From Elusimicrobiota bacterium (lineage in GTDB: Bacteria > Elusimicrobiota > Elusimicrobia > FEN-1173): a stretch of DNA of 64,000 bases. This document shows, one piece after another, positions 1 to 11,739 of the stretch. Under the pieces are notes generated by a model. It was not told the origin of the DNA, made no database searches, and saw nothing but the letters and a program-made list of their open reading frames with translations. The stretch is from assembly GCA_016788905.1 (NCBI GenBank), contig JAEURZ010000014.1:14707-78706 (forward strand), read 5' to 3'. A program made the translations under genes and the position numbers. Within the stretch, counting starts at the first letter, position 1. Each line of letters starts with the position of its first letter.

Positions 1-1736
1 ATATTCTCCTCGCCTACCTGTGTCGGTTTGCGGTACGGACACACTATGCAGTAACCGCGGGGCTTTTCTTGGCAGCGTAGTTGGGCCGCTTCACATGTCT
101 TGCGACACGCTCGCACTCAGTTCTCGGGATGAACGGCTCCCCGGATTTACCTGGAGAACCTCCCTACCACCTTGGACCGGTGACCTTCTACCGGCCGGCT
201 TACCTTTCTGCGTCCCCCCTCGGTGTGACCCACATAATGTGGTTCAGGAATATTAACCTGATGCCCATCATCTACGCCTTTCGGCCTCGACTTAGGATCG
301 ACTAACCCTGTTCAGACGAACTTTAAACAAGGAAACCTTAGGCTTGCGGCGGGTCTGATTCTCACAGACCTTATCGCTACTTATTCCGACATCCTCACTT
401 CCGTTTCGTCCAGCACTCCTATCGGTGTGCCTTCATCCTACAACGGAACGCTCCCCTACCCCGTACAATGGACGAATCCATCGTACAGCCGTGACTGCGG
501 TATCAGGTTTGAGCCCCGGACTTTTTCGGCGCGACTTAACTTGACGAGTGAGCTGTTACGCACTCTTTAAAGGATGGCTGCTTCTAAGCCAACCTCCTCG
601 CTGTCTGAGTCAAATCACATCCTTTACCACTTAACCTGAATTTTGGGACCTAGGTCGACGGTCTGGGTTGTTCCCCTCTTGCGCACGAAGCTTAGCCCTC
701 GTGAACTGACTGCAGAGTTTTCCCGTATGTATTCGGAGTTTGGTTAGATTCGGAACCGAGGTATTCGGCCCTACACTATCCAGTGCTCTACCTCACACGG
801 TCATCACTCCACGCTAGCCCTAAAGCTATTTCGGGGAGAACCAGCTATCACCAGCCTCGATTGGCCTTTCACCCCTAACCCAAGCTCATGCAGGACATTT
901 TCAACTGTCAACGCTTCGGGCCTCCATCACCGTTTAAGGTGACTTCACCCTGTCCTGGGTTAGATCGACTGGCTTCGGGTCTACTATTGCATACTTGTCG
1001 CCCGTTAAGACTCGCTTTCGCTACGGCTCCACACCTTCAAGGTGCTTAACCTTGCATGCAACAGTAACTCGCCGGATCATTCTTCAACAGGCACGACGTC
1101 GAGCATTCCCCTTGCGGGGCATAGCTCTTCGTCTGCTTGTAAACGCACGGTTTCAGGTTCTTTTCACTCCCCGTCAGGGGTCCTTTTCACCTTTCCCTCG
1201 CGGTACTTGTGCACTATCGGTCGCCAGAGAGTATTTAGCCTTGGAGAGTGGTCTCCCCGGATTCACGCCGAATTTCACGTGCTCGGCGTTACTTAGGTAC
1301 TTGTCGTGAGCCGCTTCGTTTTCGTTTACGGGACTCTCACCCTCTTTGGTCGGCCTTTCCAGGCACGTTCGACTAACGAAGCGATTTTTTACTCACCGGC
1401 TCTAAACCGGACAAGCCCTGCAACACCCACCATAGGATGGGTTTAGGCTGTTCCCCGTTCGCTCGCCACTACTGAGGGAATCTCGTTTGATTTATTTTCC
1501 TCCAGGTACTGAGATGTTTCACTTCCCTGGGTTGTCTCGACAACGGTACCTCTTCCAGTTTCCCGAAAGCATTTCCATTGCCGTTCCGTGATTTGTCACC
1601 ACGGAGGGTTTCCCCATTCAGAGATCTCCGGATCAAAGGTTGCTTGCACCTCCCCGGAGCGTTTCGTCGCTGGCCACGTCTTTCATCGACTTCTGGCGCC
1701 AAGGCATCCACCATGCGCTCTTAGTAACTTAGCCGC
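1..1736 (-). rRNA. rrl: 23S rRNA, 5' ~1.7 kb (3' part lies beyond window start)
   Basis: Reverse complement of 1690-1736 reads ...GGCTAAGTTACTAAGAGCGCATGGTGGATGCCTTGGCGCC, the canonical 23S 5' domain; conserved 23S blocks throughout 1-1700; no long ORFs. Confidence 0.85.
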
Positions 1737-1933
1737 ATCTTTATATCCTCAGTCGCATCGCGCTACTCAAGGCGTTTGGACATAAAACGTCCTAACGTCT
1801 TTTTGAAGCTCGATACAACATACAATTAGACGCTTGACTTTCCTATTCGTGTGTCAAAGAACCGCCTGCGATTGTGGCTTTTCATGCTGCCAGAACCCGG
1901 CGAACTGCAAAATTTGATTTTACAGGATCAAAG

Positions 1934-2006
1934 TGGAGCTGATCGGGATTGAACCGACGGCCTCCTGCTTGCAAAGCAGGCGCTCTCCCAGCTGAGCTAC
2001 AGCCCC
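1934..2006 (-). tRNA. tRNA-Ala (anticodon TGC) in the 16S-23S spacer
   Basis: Reverse complement GGGGCTGTAGCTCAGCTGGGAGAGCGCCTGCTTTGCAAGCAGGAGGCCGTCGGTTCAATCCCGATCAGCTCCA; cloverleaf, TGC anticodon; CCA not encoded. Confidence 0.9.
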
Positions 2007-2112
2007 ATCCTACAAAGAGTTTCACCCTAAATAGTTGGGGCATTCCTCGTATCCTTACGAGGGCAGCCCTCTTGAATAAGGCCCCGGCATCATCCTTACC
2101 CCGCCTTAAACT

Positions 2113-2186
2113 TGGGCGGAAGTGGACTCGAACCACCGGCCTCACCCTTATCAGGGGTGTGCTCTAACCAGCTGAGCTATCCGCCC
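2113..2186 (-). tRNA. tRNA-Ile (anticodon GAT) in the 16S-23S spacer
   Basis: Reverse complement GGGCGGATAGCTCAGCTGGTTAGAGCACACCCCTGATAAGGGTGAGGCCGGTGGTTCGAGTCCACTTCCGCCCA; GAT anticodon. Confidence 0.9.
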
Positions 2187-2357
2187 TGCGGAATTTCCGC
2201 GCCTCTCGCGCGCCGCAGACACCCATAGCTCCGCAAGGGTGCCCGTGATTCCAAAATTTCATTTCCAAATGCCACTTCGCAAGCTGGTGAGCGCCCCAAA
2301 GGCGCTACTGACGATCGACCTCTTTCAGCGACGCCGAAGCGTCCTGAAATACTCCTT

Positions 2358-3895
<1,538 letters not shown>

Positions 3896-4135
3896 ATCTG
3901 CGTCCAATCCTTGCGGACGGGAACAAACTTTAGAGGTTTGGTTTAGGGCTCTTGTGGAATTGCTTGAACTATAATGCACAAGCTTTATTCACACCTGAAC
4001 GTCGTATACCAATCGGCATCGAGAAGCACCCACGTCGGACCCTCTTGGTTAGAGTGTCTTTCGCTTGGAGCGCTCACCCGCCTGCGCGAATGGCTATTTG
4101 GAAATGTCAAAGAACAAAACTACGAAATCGACCCG

Positions 4136-4176
4136 ATTATACAAAAAAAATCCCAAGGGACGCAAGCGCCCCCTTC
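4136..4176 (-). promoter_or_regulatory. Candidate rRNA operon promoter (TTGCGT - 18 nt - TGTATAAT extended -10) ~240 nt upstream of the 16S 5' end
   Basis: Minus strand reads GCGCTTGCGTCCCTTGGGATTTTTTTTGTATAATCGGG; perfect TATAAT with upstream TG and A/T-rich spacer. Confidence 0.3.
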
Positions 4177-4389
4177 AAAGGATCCAGACTCCATCCTCTG
4201 GGTTCGATCCTCGGGTGGGACCGAAAATTAGAATTTCAAATTTTGCACAGCGGTTTCATTTCACCGCCAACAGGGAGGAATATAACACAAGCCCTAATTT
4301 GTGTCAAGAACTATTTCTCAAAAAAAGTTAATGTTTTTTTTGTCGGGCACCTTTTTGCGGCCGCCGCAAATCCTAGACGGAGGAATCCC

Positions 4390-4959
4390 ATGCACATCAC
4401 GCCACTCCCCCTGAACGGCCTCTTTCTCGTTGAGGCCCGCGTGTTTCGCGACTCACGAGGTTCCTTTTTCGAGAGCTTTAACGAAACGGATTTCGACACC
4501 GCGCTCTTGCCCACGCGGTTTGCCCAAGACAACGTCAGCTCTTCCGGCCGAGGGACCGTGCGTGGACTCCACTTTCAAAAACCGCCCCACGCCCAGGGGA
4601 AACTGGTCCGTGTTTTCCACGGCACGGTGCTCGACGTTGCCATTGATCTTCGAAAGGGGTCGCCGACTTACGGAAAATGGCACGCGGAAGAACTTTCTTC
4701 CGAAAATGCCCGGTCCCTCTATATTCCACCCGGTTTTGCTCACGGGTTTTGTGTGACGAGCGAAAGCGCTGTGTTCTTTTACAAATGCACGACCGCCTAC
4801 AGCCCGGCGGCCGAAAGCGGAATCCTTTGGAACGACCCCACTTTAAACATCGATTGGCCCGTGAAGCCCGGTCAAGCGCTTGTTTCCGACAAGGATAGCC
4901 GATGGCCACCGTTCGGGGACAACGACAGCCCGTTCGTTTTTGAAGTTCCCGCTAAATAA
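4390..4959 (+). CDS. rmlC: dTDP-4-dehydrorhamnose 3,5-epimerase (RmlC/RfbC), 190 aa; true start is the internal Met of the 335-aa ORF
   Basis: MHITPLPLNGLFLVEARVFRDSRGSFFESFN...RGLHFQ...YIPPGFAHGF is the cupin fold and motifs of RmlC; GGAGG RBS 7 nt upstream of ATG 4390; ORF part upstream of 4390 overlaps the rRNA leader. Confidence 0.8.
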   Translation: MHITPLPLNGLFLVEARVFRDSRGSFFESFNETDFDTALLPTRFAQDNVSSSGRGTVRGLHFQKPPHAQGKLVRVFHGTVLDVAIDLRKGSPTYGKWHAEELSSENARSLYIPPGFAHGFCVTSESAVFFYKCTTAYSPAAESGILWNDPTLNIDWPVKPGQALVSDKDSRWPPFGDNDSPFVFEVPAK

Positions 4960-5863
4960 CGGAAGGGCGAGACATCCGCCTCAACAAGGCAAGGCGGCGA
5001 GAGATATCGACGGGACGGACCGTTTGGAGTCGATCAAGCGAAAACTTTTCTACCGTAAAACTGGCCATCACGGTTCCATAGAAAAGGGCTTGGTGGAGCG
5101 TGGCTTCGTCCAATCGGTTCTTTTTTTTGTTGAGGAACCCTATAAACCCACCCGCGAACGTGTCCCCCGCCCCCGTGGGATCAAACACCTCTTCTAGAGG
5201 AAACGCGGGCGCGCTGAAAATATTTTTTTTTGAAAACAGCAACACGCCGTGTTCCCCTTTTTTGACGACCACATATTTCGGACCCCAGGACTGGATAAGC
5301 CGACCCGCTTGAATGAGGCTAGCACGCCCCGAAAACTGCCTGGCTTCCCCATCATTCAATATAAGGATATCGATCTCTTTGCACAACATTTTGAGTTTTT
5401 CTTTCTTTGTGGAAATCCACAAATTCATGGTGTCCGCTGCCACCAACTTGGGACGTCGAACCTGCCGCAAGACCCGCAATTGAAGATCAGGGTCAATATT
5501 GGCCAAGAAAACGCAATCTGCCGATCGATAGCTTTCGGGAAGATTTGGGACAAACTTTTCAAAAACGTTTAAACGCGTGTCCAGCGTTTTGGCCTCCGCC
5601 AAATCATATTCGTAAAAACCCGACCAACGAAACGTGTCCCCGTCGACGACCTGAAGCCCCTCCAAATTTATTTTCCGGCGGCGGAGCAGATCGAGATGCT
5701 GGGAAGGGAAATCACGTCCCACCACACCCACCAGCTTTATATCCGAATGGAAACTGGCCGAATAAGAAAAATAGACCGCCGAGCCCCCCAGAGCTTCCGT
5801 CCTTTCTCCAAAAGGTGTTTTGACCGAATCCAACGCCACTGAACCGACGACGACAACGCTCAC
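4952..5863 (-). CDS. PfkB-family carbohydrate kinase (ribokinase-like)
   Basis: C-terminal DPTGAGDTFAGGF anion-hole motif and N-terminal GG-dipeptide region typical of the PfkB/ribokinase family. Confidence 0.7.
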   Translation of the reverse strand: MSVVVVGSVALDSVKTPFGERTEALGGSAVYFSYSASFHSDIKLVGVVGRDFPSQHLDLLRRRKINLEGLQVVDGDTFRWSGFYEYDLAEAKTLDTRLNVFEKFVPNLPESYRSADCVFLANIDPDLQLRVLRQVRRPKLVAADTMNLWISTKKEKLKMLCKEIDILILNDGEARQFSGRASLIQAGRLIQSWGPKYVVVKKGEHGVLLFSKKNIFSAPAFPLEEVFDPTGAGDTFAGGFIGFLNKKKNRLDEATLHQALFYGTVMASFTVEKFSLDRLQTVRPVDISRRLALLRRMSRPSVI

Positions 5864-5990
5864 AAGGATCTCCCTTTCTCAAAGTTAGCGACCGAGGAAT
5901 TCGCTGTGTTCATTATGACAAGCAAAACCCCCTCCAGGCAACAGACGAATTATCCCCATTGGCATACGATTCATCTGTGAACCCAGGGTT

Positions 5991-7031
5991 TTATTCCTTT
6001 TTGAATCGTCGAAACGCGCGGACCGCGCGACGATGGTCGCCATAGGATGTGGAGAATCGATGCCCACCCTCCCCGTCCGAGACAAAGAAGAGGAAGTCCA
6101 CAGGGGCAGGGGCCATGGCCGCCGTCAAGGAATCCCGACCTGGACTAGCGATGGGCCCTGGAGGAAGGCCGTAACGGCGATACGTGTTGTAGGGGGAATC
6201 CACTTCAATATCTTTTTTATAGAGAGGATTTTTCCATCCCCCTAAAGCGTATTGGACAGTGGGATCACATTCCAAGCGCATGCGGATTTTTAAACGGTTA
6301 TGATAAACAGCGGAGACCCGTGTGCGTTCGTCCGCCCGGCGCGTTTCCCGTTCGATGAGGGAAGCGAGGGTCACGATCTGACGTACCGTCCACCGCCGCC
6401 CATCCGCGGACAGCATCACCCCGTCGGGCCCTTCGGGAACAACAGCTTCTTGCCCATCCGGAAACCGGACCCCACCGGCCTGGACCGCGGAGAGAAACAC
6501 CTCCTGCCAAACAACGTTAAATCGATTTTGCATCACACGCAGGGGTTCTGAAACGGGCGAACCCGGATCAAAAAAGTAGGTGTCCGGGAAAAGAAAGCCT
6601 TCCCAGGGAGTGGCCACCGCTCGAAATTCTTCGGCCCGACAAACGCCCTTGGATTCCAACCTCTCGGCGATTTGCCAAACAGCAAAGCCTTCAGGAACCG
6701 TCACCCGGACCGTGGCCCCACGCCCCTGAACAAGAAACCGCAAAATTCGATCCGCTCGCTCCTGAGCGGGAATACGATAGAGGCCCGCTTTCAGTTTTTG
6801 ATCTGCCCGCGTCACCCGCGCCAGCATCTCGATCCACCGAGAAGATCGAACGTGACCGTCCTCCTTCAACCGTCGCGAGATCACCCGCGCGCTGGCACCG
6901 GGCAGAATTTCAATCAATCCTCCCATCGCCTCAGGAGGTGGTGTATTCACCCAAAGAAGTATTCCCAAGAGCGGCCCCCCGCCCCCAAAAATTCCGAGCA
7001 ACACTCCCAAAAGGACAATCCGTTTTTTCAT
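5991..7031 (-). CDS. mltG: Endolytic murein transglycosylase MltG (YceG family)
   Basis: N-terminal TM helix (MKKRIVLLGVLLGIFGG), YceG signature EGFLFPDTYFF; start ATG 7031 overlaps ruvX stop (ATGA). Confidence 0.75.
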   Translation of the reverse strand: MKKRIVLLGVLLGIFGGGGPLLGILLWVNTPPPEAMGGLIEILPGASARVISRRLKEDGHVRSSRWIEMLARVTRADQKLKAGLYRIPAQERADRILRFLVQGRGATVRVTVPEGFAVWQIAERLESKGVCRAEEFRAVATPWEGFLFPDTYFFDPGSPVSEPLRVMQNRFNVVWQEVFLSAVQAGGVRFPDGQEAVVPEGPDGVMLSADGRRWTVRQIVTLASLIERETRRADERTRVSAVYHNRLKIRMRLECDPTVQYALGGWKNPLYKKDIEVDSPYNTYRRYGLPPGPIASPGRDSLTAAMAPAPVDFLFFVSDGEGGHRFSTSYGDHRRAVRAFRRFKKE

Positions 7032-7450
7032 AGGGTCTCCCCCCGCTTTTTGTCCAGGAAAGCTTGGAGGAGCAAGGTGGCCGCCGCGCGATCCACCCGC
7101 CCTTTCGAGCGTCCCATTCCAGGCCCATCCCTCAAACGAGATTCGGCTTCCCAACTGCTCAGCCGCTCATCCCAAAAAATGACCGGCAAACCCACACGTT
7201 CCAGCCGCTCCGCCAACCGTCGAACAGCGGAGGCACTTTCCCCTTCTGTCCCGCTCATGTTTTTGGGCAACCCCAAAACTATCCCAGACGCTCCTCTGTC
7301 ACGGGCCAAATCACTCAAAGCCTGAATGAGCCCCGCAAGTGATTTGGGCTCCAATGTCTGAAGAGGATGTGCCATCCGACCCAACTCATCAGAAACGGCA
7401 ACCCCAACCCGTCGACGCCCCCAGTCCACACCCAGATAAACACTCTCCAC
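7028..7450 (-). CDS. ruvX: Putative pre-16S rRNA nuclease / Holliday-junction resolvase-like YqgF (RuvX)
   Basis: 140 aa, VYLGVDWGRRRVGVAVSD N-terminus and RNase H-like fold motifs; conserved yqgF-mltG gene pair. Confidence 0.75.
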   Translation of the reverse strand: MESVYLGVDWGRRRVGVAVSDELGRMAHPLQTLEPKSLAGLIQALSDLARDRGASGIVLGLPKNMSGTEGESASAVRRLAERLERVGLPVIFWDERLSSWEAESRLRDGPGMGRSKGRVDRAAATLLLQAFLDKKRGETL

Positions 7451-7695
7451 AGGTCCCTCCCAAATGGCGTTTCGCCTCTTTCCCCATCAACCTATAAGAA
7501 ATTGGCCACAATGAGCTTCAAGTTTACTCCCCATCCCGTCTGATCATACGGGCGAAGAAGAACCCCCACAAAGAGTCTCACGAGGCCAAAATATCAAAGC
7601 GATTTCTCTGACGCAATCAGGGAGATCCAAGAGAATGATGCAAGAGATCGAAAGTCCCCAATTTTACCCATAAACGGTGCTCTGGGTTGATACAT

Positions 7696-7726
7696 GAGGA
7701 GTCAAAAGGGCGATCGCCTTGACCCA
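7696..7726 (-). terminator. Imperfect palindrome GTCAAAAGGGCGATCGCCTTGAC downstream of the REC-MTase gene; possible terminator
   Basis: Inverted repeat containing GGCGATCGCC immediately after the stop of the 7752-9146 gene, followed by T-rich run on the minus strand. Confidence 0.3.
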
Positions 7727-7751
7727 CCGGTCGCCAAGGAGAGTCTTTTAA

Positions 7752-9146
7752 TTAGTTAAAGGGATTATTTTTTAGACCACCCATTCGAAAGAAAAAAACC
7801 ATGTCATCCAAATCCCGACGAAACTTACGGGGGAGAGCGGCTCTTTGAAGGCGGAGATTTGTTGAAAGGACAGGTGGCAATGGACGATCCGGCGTTTTAA
7901 CAAAAATAAACAATGGAACCCCATGGGTGCTGTACACCTGGGCCGAAGCTGGGAGGCATTCGCGCGTAAGAACTTGAAAATCTTTCAGACTAAAAGACGC
8001 CCGCAAAGACCGTTCAAAATCGAGGTTGAACAAATACGGCTGGGTTTTTTCTTCTTTATAGGCAAAATAGAGGACAGACTTGAGAGATTTCAGTCGGCCT
8101 AAATCGGCGAGAAAAATGGCCCCACCCGGTTTCAGTATGCGGCGAATCTCACGAAAACAGTCTTTTAAGTGTTCTCGCGTGGGCAAATGATGTAACGCAA
8201 CCGTACTGATAACCCCATCCACACTGCCCTCTTCGAAAATACCGAGTTGCGTGACATCGGATTTTTGAAAAGTGACATTGGTCAGCCCCCGACCTTGAAT
8301 GTACGCACGCGCCTGGTCCAACATAGAATCCGACATATCCACCCCCACAAAGGAAATGTCCGGGTTCAGCTGAGCCACTTCGGCCAGTTGGGTGGCCGGC
8401 CCACACGCAAGGTCCACCACCCGTGAGCATCCTTGAATCGCAAGACTGATTCGAGCCGCGTGGTGGAGATAAACGGCACGAAAGCCTCCCTCCCGTCGTC
8501 CCGCGGTGGCATAGGCCACCACTTCCGTTGAATCTTCCATGACGAGGTCCGGTTCAGGTTCTCTGCGCAAGCGGCGTTGCCCCATCGTTTCCCGAAGCAA
8601 AACCCAGAGCATCGGCAAATTCAAAAACCGTCGAAACGTAGAAAACAAATCAGATAGGACCACACGGAAGCAACGACGATCGGACGATTTAAAATAATCC
8701 GCTTCTTCCTGTTGTGATTTTTGATCCACGGAAGGCCTCGTCGCAGGAGGGGCCTCGGAAAGAACGAATGAGCGGCCTGTTCGGCGAAGAAGGCTCGCCA
8801 CCCGGGCCAAAAATTCGGAAGCCTCATAGGGTTTTGTCATGTAATCATCTGCCCCGGTTTGCAAACCTTCGACTTTGTCTTCTGTTTTTAATAGCGACGT
8901 GAGGAGAAGCACCGGGACCGTTCGCGTGCGCTGGTCATTGCGAAGGATTTCGCATAACTTTACCCCTGAAATCCCGGGCAATCGAATGTCCGCCACCAGG
9001 AGGTTCGGAGACTCTTGAAAAACAATTTTTAAGGCTTCTTCGGCGGATCCCACATCAATCACCTGGTATCCCGCCCGATTTAAAATAATCCGTGTCACAT
9101 TTCGCATTTCCGAATCGTCTTCAACGAGAAGAATGAGTGGTTTCAT
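7752..9146 (-). CDS. Response-regulator receiver domain fused to a class I SAM-dependent methyltransferase (464 aa)
   Basis: N-terminus MKPLILLVEDD...LLVADIRLPGISG...GADDYMTKP is a REC domain; C-terminus VVDLACGPA (motif I), VGVDMS, DGVISTVALHHL, LKPGGAIFLADL are class I MTase motifs; start overlaps the HK stop by 4 nt. Confidence 0.75.
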   Translation of the reverse strand: MKPLILLVEDDSEMRNVTRIILNRAGYQVIDVGSAEEALKIVFQESPNLLVADIRLPGISGVKLCEILRNDQRTRTVPVLLLTSLLKTEDKVEGLQTGADDYMTKPYEASEFLARVASLLRRTGRSFVLSEAPPATRPSVDQKSQQEEADYFKSSDRRCFRVVLSDLFSTFRRFLNLPMLWVLLRETMGQRRLRREPEPDLVMEDSTEVVAYATAGRREGGFRAVYLHHAARISLAIQGCSRVVDLACGPATQLAEVAQLNPDISFVGVDMSDSMLDQARAYIQGRGLTNVTFQKSDVTQLGIFEEGSVDGVISTVALHHLPTREHLKDCFREIRRILKPGGAIFLADLGRLKSLKSVLYFAYKEEKTQPYLFNLDFERSLRASFSLKDFQVLTRECLPASAQVYSTHGVPLFIFVKTPDRPLPPVLSTNLRLQRAALPRKFRRDLDDMVFFFRMGGLKNNPFN

Positions 9147-10528
9147 AAAATCCCCTTATGAATCGGTAACGTAAAAAACAAAGCGGTCCCCTGCCCAACT
9201 ACGGATTCCACACGCAGGCGTCCTCCGTGCCCCTCCACCAAGCTTTTCACAATAGAAAGTCCCAGCCCTGAACCCTCTTGAGGTCCCGTGTTCAGAACGC
9301 GGACGGGCTGAAAGAGACGCGACAACCGTTCCGGGGTAATTCCGGGCCCCGTGTCTTTGACACCAAACTCAACGAACCCGTTGGTTTGCGCGGCGCTGAA
9401 AATGACGATAGAATCACCCCCTTGAGTGAATTTAAACGCGTTGGCCACCAGGTTCAAGAAAATGCGCAAGGTTTTTTCTTCATCCGCTTCCAGAAGAGGA
9501 AGCGTTTCGGGAAACTGAACCATGAACATCTTGTTGGATTCTTTCGCGAACGGACCGTACAGTCGAACCAGTTCTTCCACAAGGGGGGCCACCTGAAAAA
9601 CAGTCTTCCGAAAGGGAATTTCCCCTTCTCTTAACCGGGCCGCGTCCAAGATATTATTGACCATGACCCTCAAGCGGAGAGCTCCCCTCTCAATAGATTC
9701 GATGAGAGTCCGATCTTCACCCGAAAAAGCTCCTGACCGCAACACCTGAGCCGCGGTACTGATGGCACTGAGCGGATTACGTAAATCGTGAGATATGGCG
9801 TAAAGAATTCGTTCCTTCATTTCATCCAGTTCCCGCAGCCGAACCGCCATACCGTTAAATTCCCGTGCCAGACCACCCAATTCGCCCGGCGCTTTTTCGG
9901 ATACCCGAGTGTCCAACGCGCCCGATCCGATTTTTCGCGCGCCCGCGGCAAGCGCGTGAATGGGTCGTGTCAAGGTTCGCGCGGCCAAGAAGGACAGGCC
10001 TGTTCCCATGAGCAACACACCGACACCCAACCACAAAAAACGCCCCACCGTAGAGATCAGGGCCAGACGAAGTCGAGTAAGGACCCTCTCCCCATCATAA
10101 ACCACCCGCGCGGTCGCGACCCAGTCTCCCCCCTGGAAAATGGGAGATCGATAGTCCCAGCGGGATCCGACGCCTGATTCTGTCAACATGATTTTTTGCG
10201 GTTCAGCCGGAGCCCAATCCGCCTTCTTCCCTTTTTTAGTCAAGTCCGTATGCATGAGTAATTTCCCCTGAGGATTCACGCAGGCCGCTTCCACTAGGGC
10301 ACCTTCCGTTTTCAGCTGATTCATAAAATCGATGAGGCCTAACTCATTCCGGGACAGGAGTGCGTCCCCACAAGCCAATCCGAGGTGGTCCACTGTAATC
10401 CAATGGGTTTTTTCTGCCTCGCGAACAAGGTGTTGACGCTCGGCCCAAAGAAGAACACCGGAATAGACCAGGAGGACAAAAAACGTGAGGGCGGCAATCG
10501 CAACGGCGAATCGGGTCCCGATGCTCAT
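9143..10528 (-). CDS. Sensor histidine kinase (two TM helices, periplasmic sensor, HAMP, HisKA, HATPase_c)
   Basis: H-box ISHDLRNPLSAI, G-box GTGLGLSIVKSLVEGHGG, N-terminal TM plus a second TM around residue 160. Confidence 0.8.
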   Translation of the reverse strand: MSIGTRFAVAIAALTFFVLLVYSGVLLWAERQHLVREAEKTHWITVDHLGLACGDALLSRNELGLIDFMNQLKTEGALVEAACVNPQGKLLMHTDLTKKGKKADWAPAEPQKIMLTESGVGSRWDYRSPIFQGGDWVATARVVYDGERVLTRLRLALISTVGRFLWLGVGVLLMGTGLSFLAARTLTRPIHALAAGARKIGSGALDTRVSEKAPGELGGLAREFNGMAVRLRELDEMKERILYAISHDLRNPLSAISTAAQVLRSGAFSGEDRTLIESIERGALRLRVMVNNILDAARLREGEIPFRKTVFQVAPLVEELVRLYGPFAKESNKMFMVQFPETLPLLEADEEKTLRIFLNLVANAFKFTQGGDSIVIFSAAQTNGFVEFGVKDTGPGITPERLSRLFQPVRVLNTGPQEGSGLGLSIVKSLVEGHGGRLRVESVVGQGTALFFTLPIHKGIL

Positions 10529-11739
10529 GGGTGATTCTTTAATTGCCGGACAACCCGATCCAAAGCCCGCGCCGCCATTTCATCATCCGGCGCCAACCCA
10601 ACACATTGCTCAAAAGCCTTCCGCGCGGCCGAAAGGTCCCCTCGGGAATATTCCATCAACCCCTTGGAATAATATTCTGCGGCTCTTTCGTGGTCTGGAG
10701 CGGTTGGGCGAGCCAGGGGTTTTTCACTTTTATGGGGGTAGGACTTTCCCCAATCCTCCCAGAGGCGCCCGAGATTTTCCCGAGCCGCTGTGTTCAAAGG
10801 ATCTTCTTTCAAAACAGCCAACCATTCGCGCACGGCTTCTTGACGACGCCCCTGAAACTCGGCTTCCCGGGCACGGCCAATGCGACGGCCTAAATCGGCC
10901 CTCTGGGATTCGCGTCGAACGATTTCCTCTAAACGTTGAACTTCTTCCTTTGCAAAACGGTTTGTCGAATCCAACACCAACCCTTCCCGATAATACCCCA
11001 AGGCCGCCCGATAATTTCCTTCTGAATATTGGGTTTCGCCCAATCCAAATTTCTTTCTTGCGAGAGCACGCCGTTCATCTATTTTCAGGCTGTTTTCAAT
11101 TTCCTGAACATAACGTGCTAACTCCTGATCGGAGGGATCCAAACTTAACGCCTTTTTCCATTCCGTCAAAGCGGGAACAATATCCATTCGTTGGTAAGCC
11201 ATAAAACCAGAAACACGATGAATATCCACTTCGGCGGGAAGCACGCCCGCCGCAACACCTGAAGAGAGGGAGAGACAAAGATCTCTAAGATACTCATTGC
11301 GGCGGGGGTCGGGGTCATCGTTCGCCAGGGAGATTTGCATTTGAAGTTCGACACCCCGACAGGTGTGAAGGAGAGATTCCGGCGTGGTCCGCCATTTGTG
11401 TTCATAGGACGCTCGAAGGTTGTTGAGCGCTTTCCGCGTTTCATGTTCCTGCTGATTTAAGGTGTGAAGGGCGCGAACGAGAGCGGGCCCGCGATCCTCT
11501 CGGGCAAGGACATCCAGTTCATTGGCCTTTTTTTCAATGGCCGCGGCGGTCACCTTCAGGCGTTTCAGGGCACCGACATGGCCTGGATCTTCCGAGAGGA
11601 TGTCCAGGAGCTTATCCATGGCCCCGGTCAGATCTCCCTGAGCCTGGAGTTCTTTCCAATCCTGAAATGGGGGTTTTCCCCCCGCCCAAAGGCCAACGGT
11701 CCCGAGAAAGAGAAAAACTAACGCCCCGAATCGTCCCAT
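10525..11739 (-). CDS. Secreted tetratricopeptide-repeat (TPR) protein with signal peptide
   Basis: MGRFGALVFLFLGTVGLWAGG signal; repeated helical A/L/Y-rich 34-aa units (AALGYYREGL..., AAEYYSKGLMEY...); 4-nt overlap with the HK start. Confidence 0.6.
   Translation of the reverse strand: MGRFGALVFLFLGTVGLWAGGKPPFQDWKELQAQGDLTGAMDKLLDILSEDPGHVGALKRLKVTAAAIEKKANELDVLAREDRGPALVRALHTLNQQEHETRKALNNLRASYEHKWRTTPESLLHTCRGVELQMQISLANDDPDPRRNEYLRDLCLSLSSGVAAGVLPAEVDIHRVSGFMAYQRMDIVPALTEWKKALSLDPSDQELARYVQEIENSLKIDERRALARKKFGLGETQYSEGNYRAALGYYREGLVLDSTNRFAKEEVQRLEEIVRRESQRADLGRRIGRAREAEFQGRRQEAVREWLAVLKEDPLNTAARENLGRLWEDWGKSYPHKSEKPLARPTAPDHERAAEYYSKGLMEYSRGDLSAARKAFEQCVGLAPDDEMAARALDRVVRQLKNHP

Noticed and set aside
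3952-4389. N-terminal 146 codons of the 335-aa ORF upstream of rmlC
   Set aside because: The RmlC domain begins at Met 4390 with a GGAGG RBS. The upstream part overlaps the rRNA leader/promoter and has no protein-like features.
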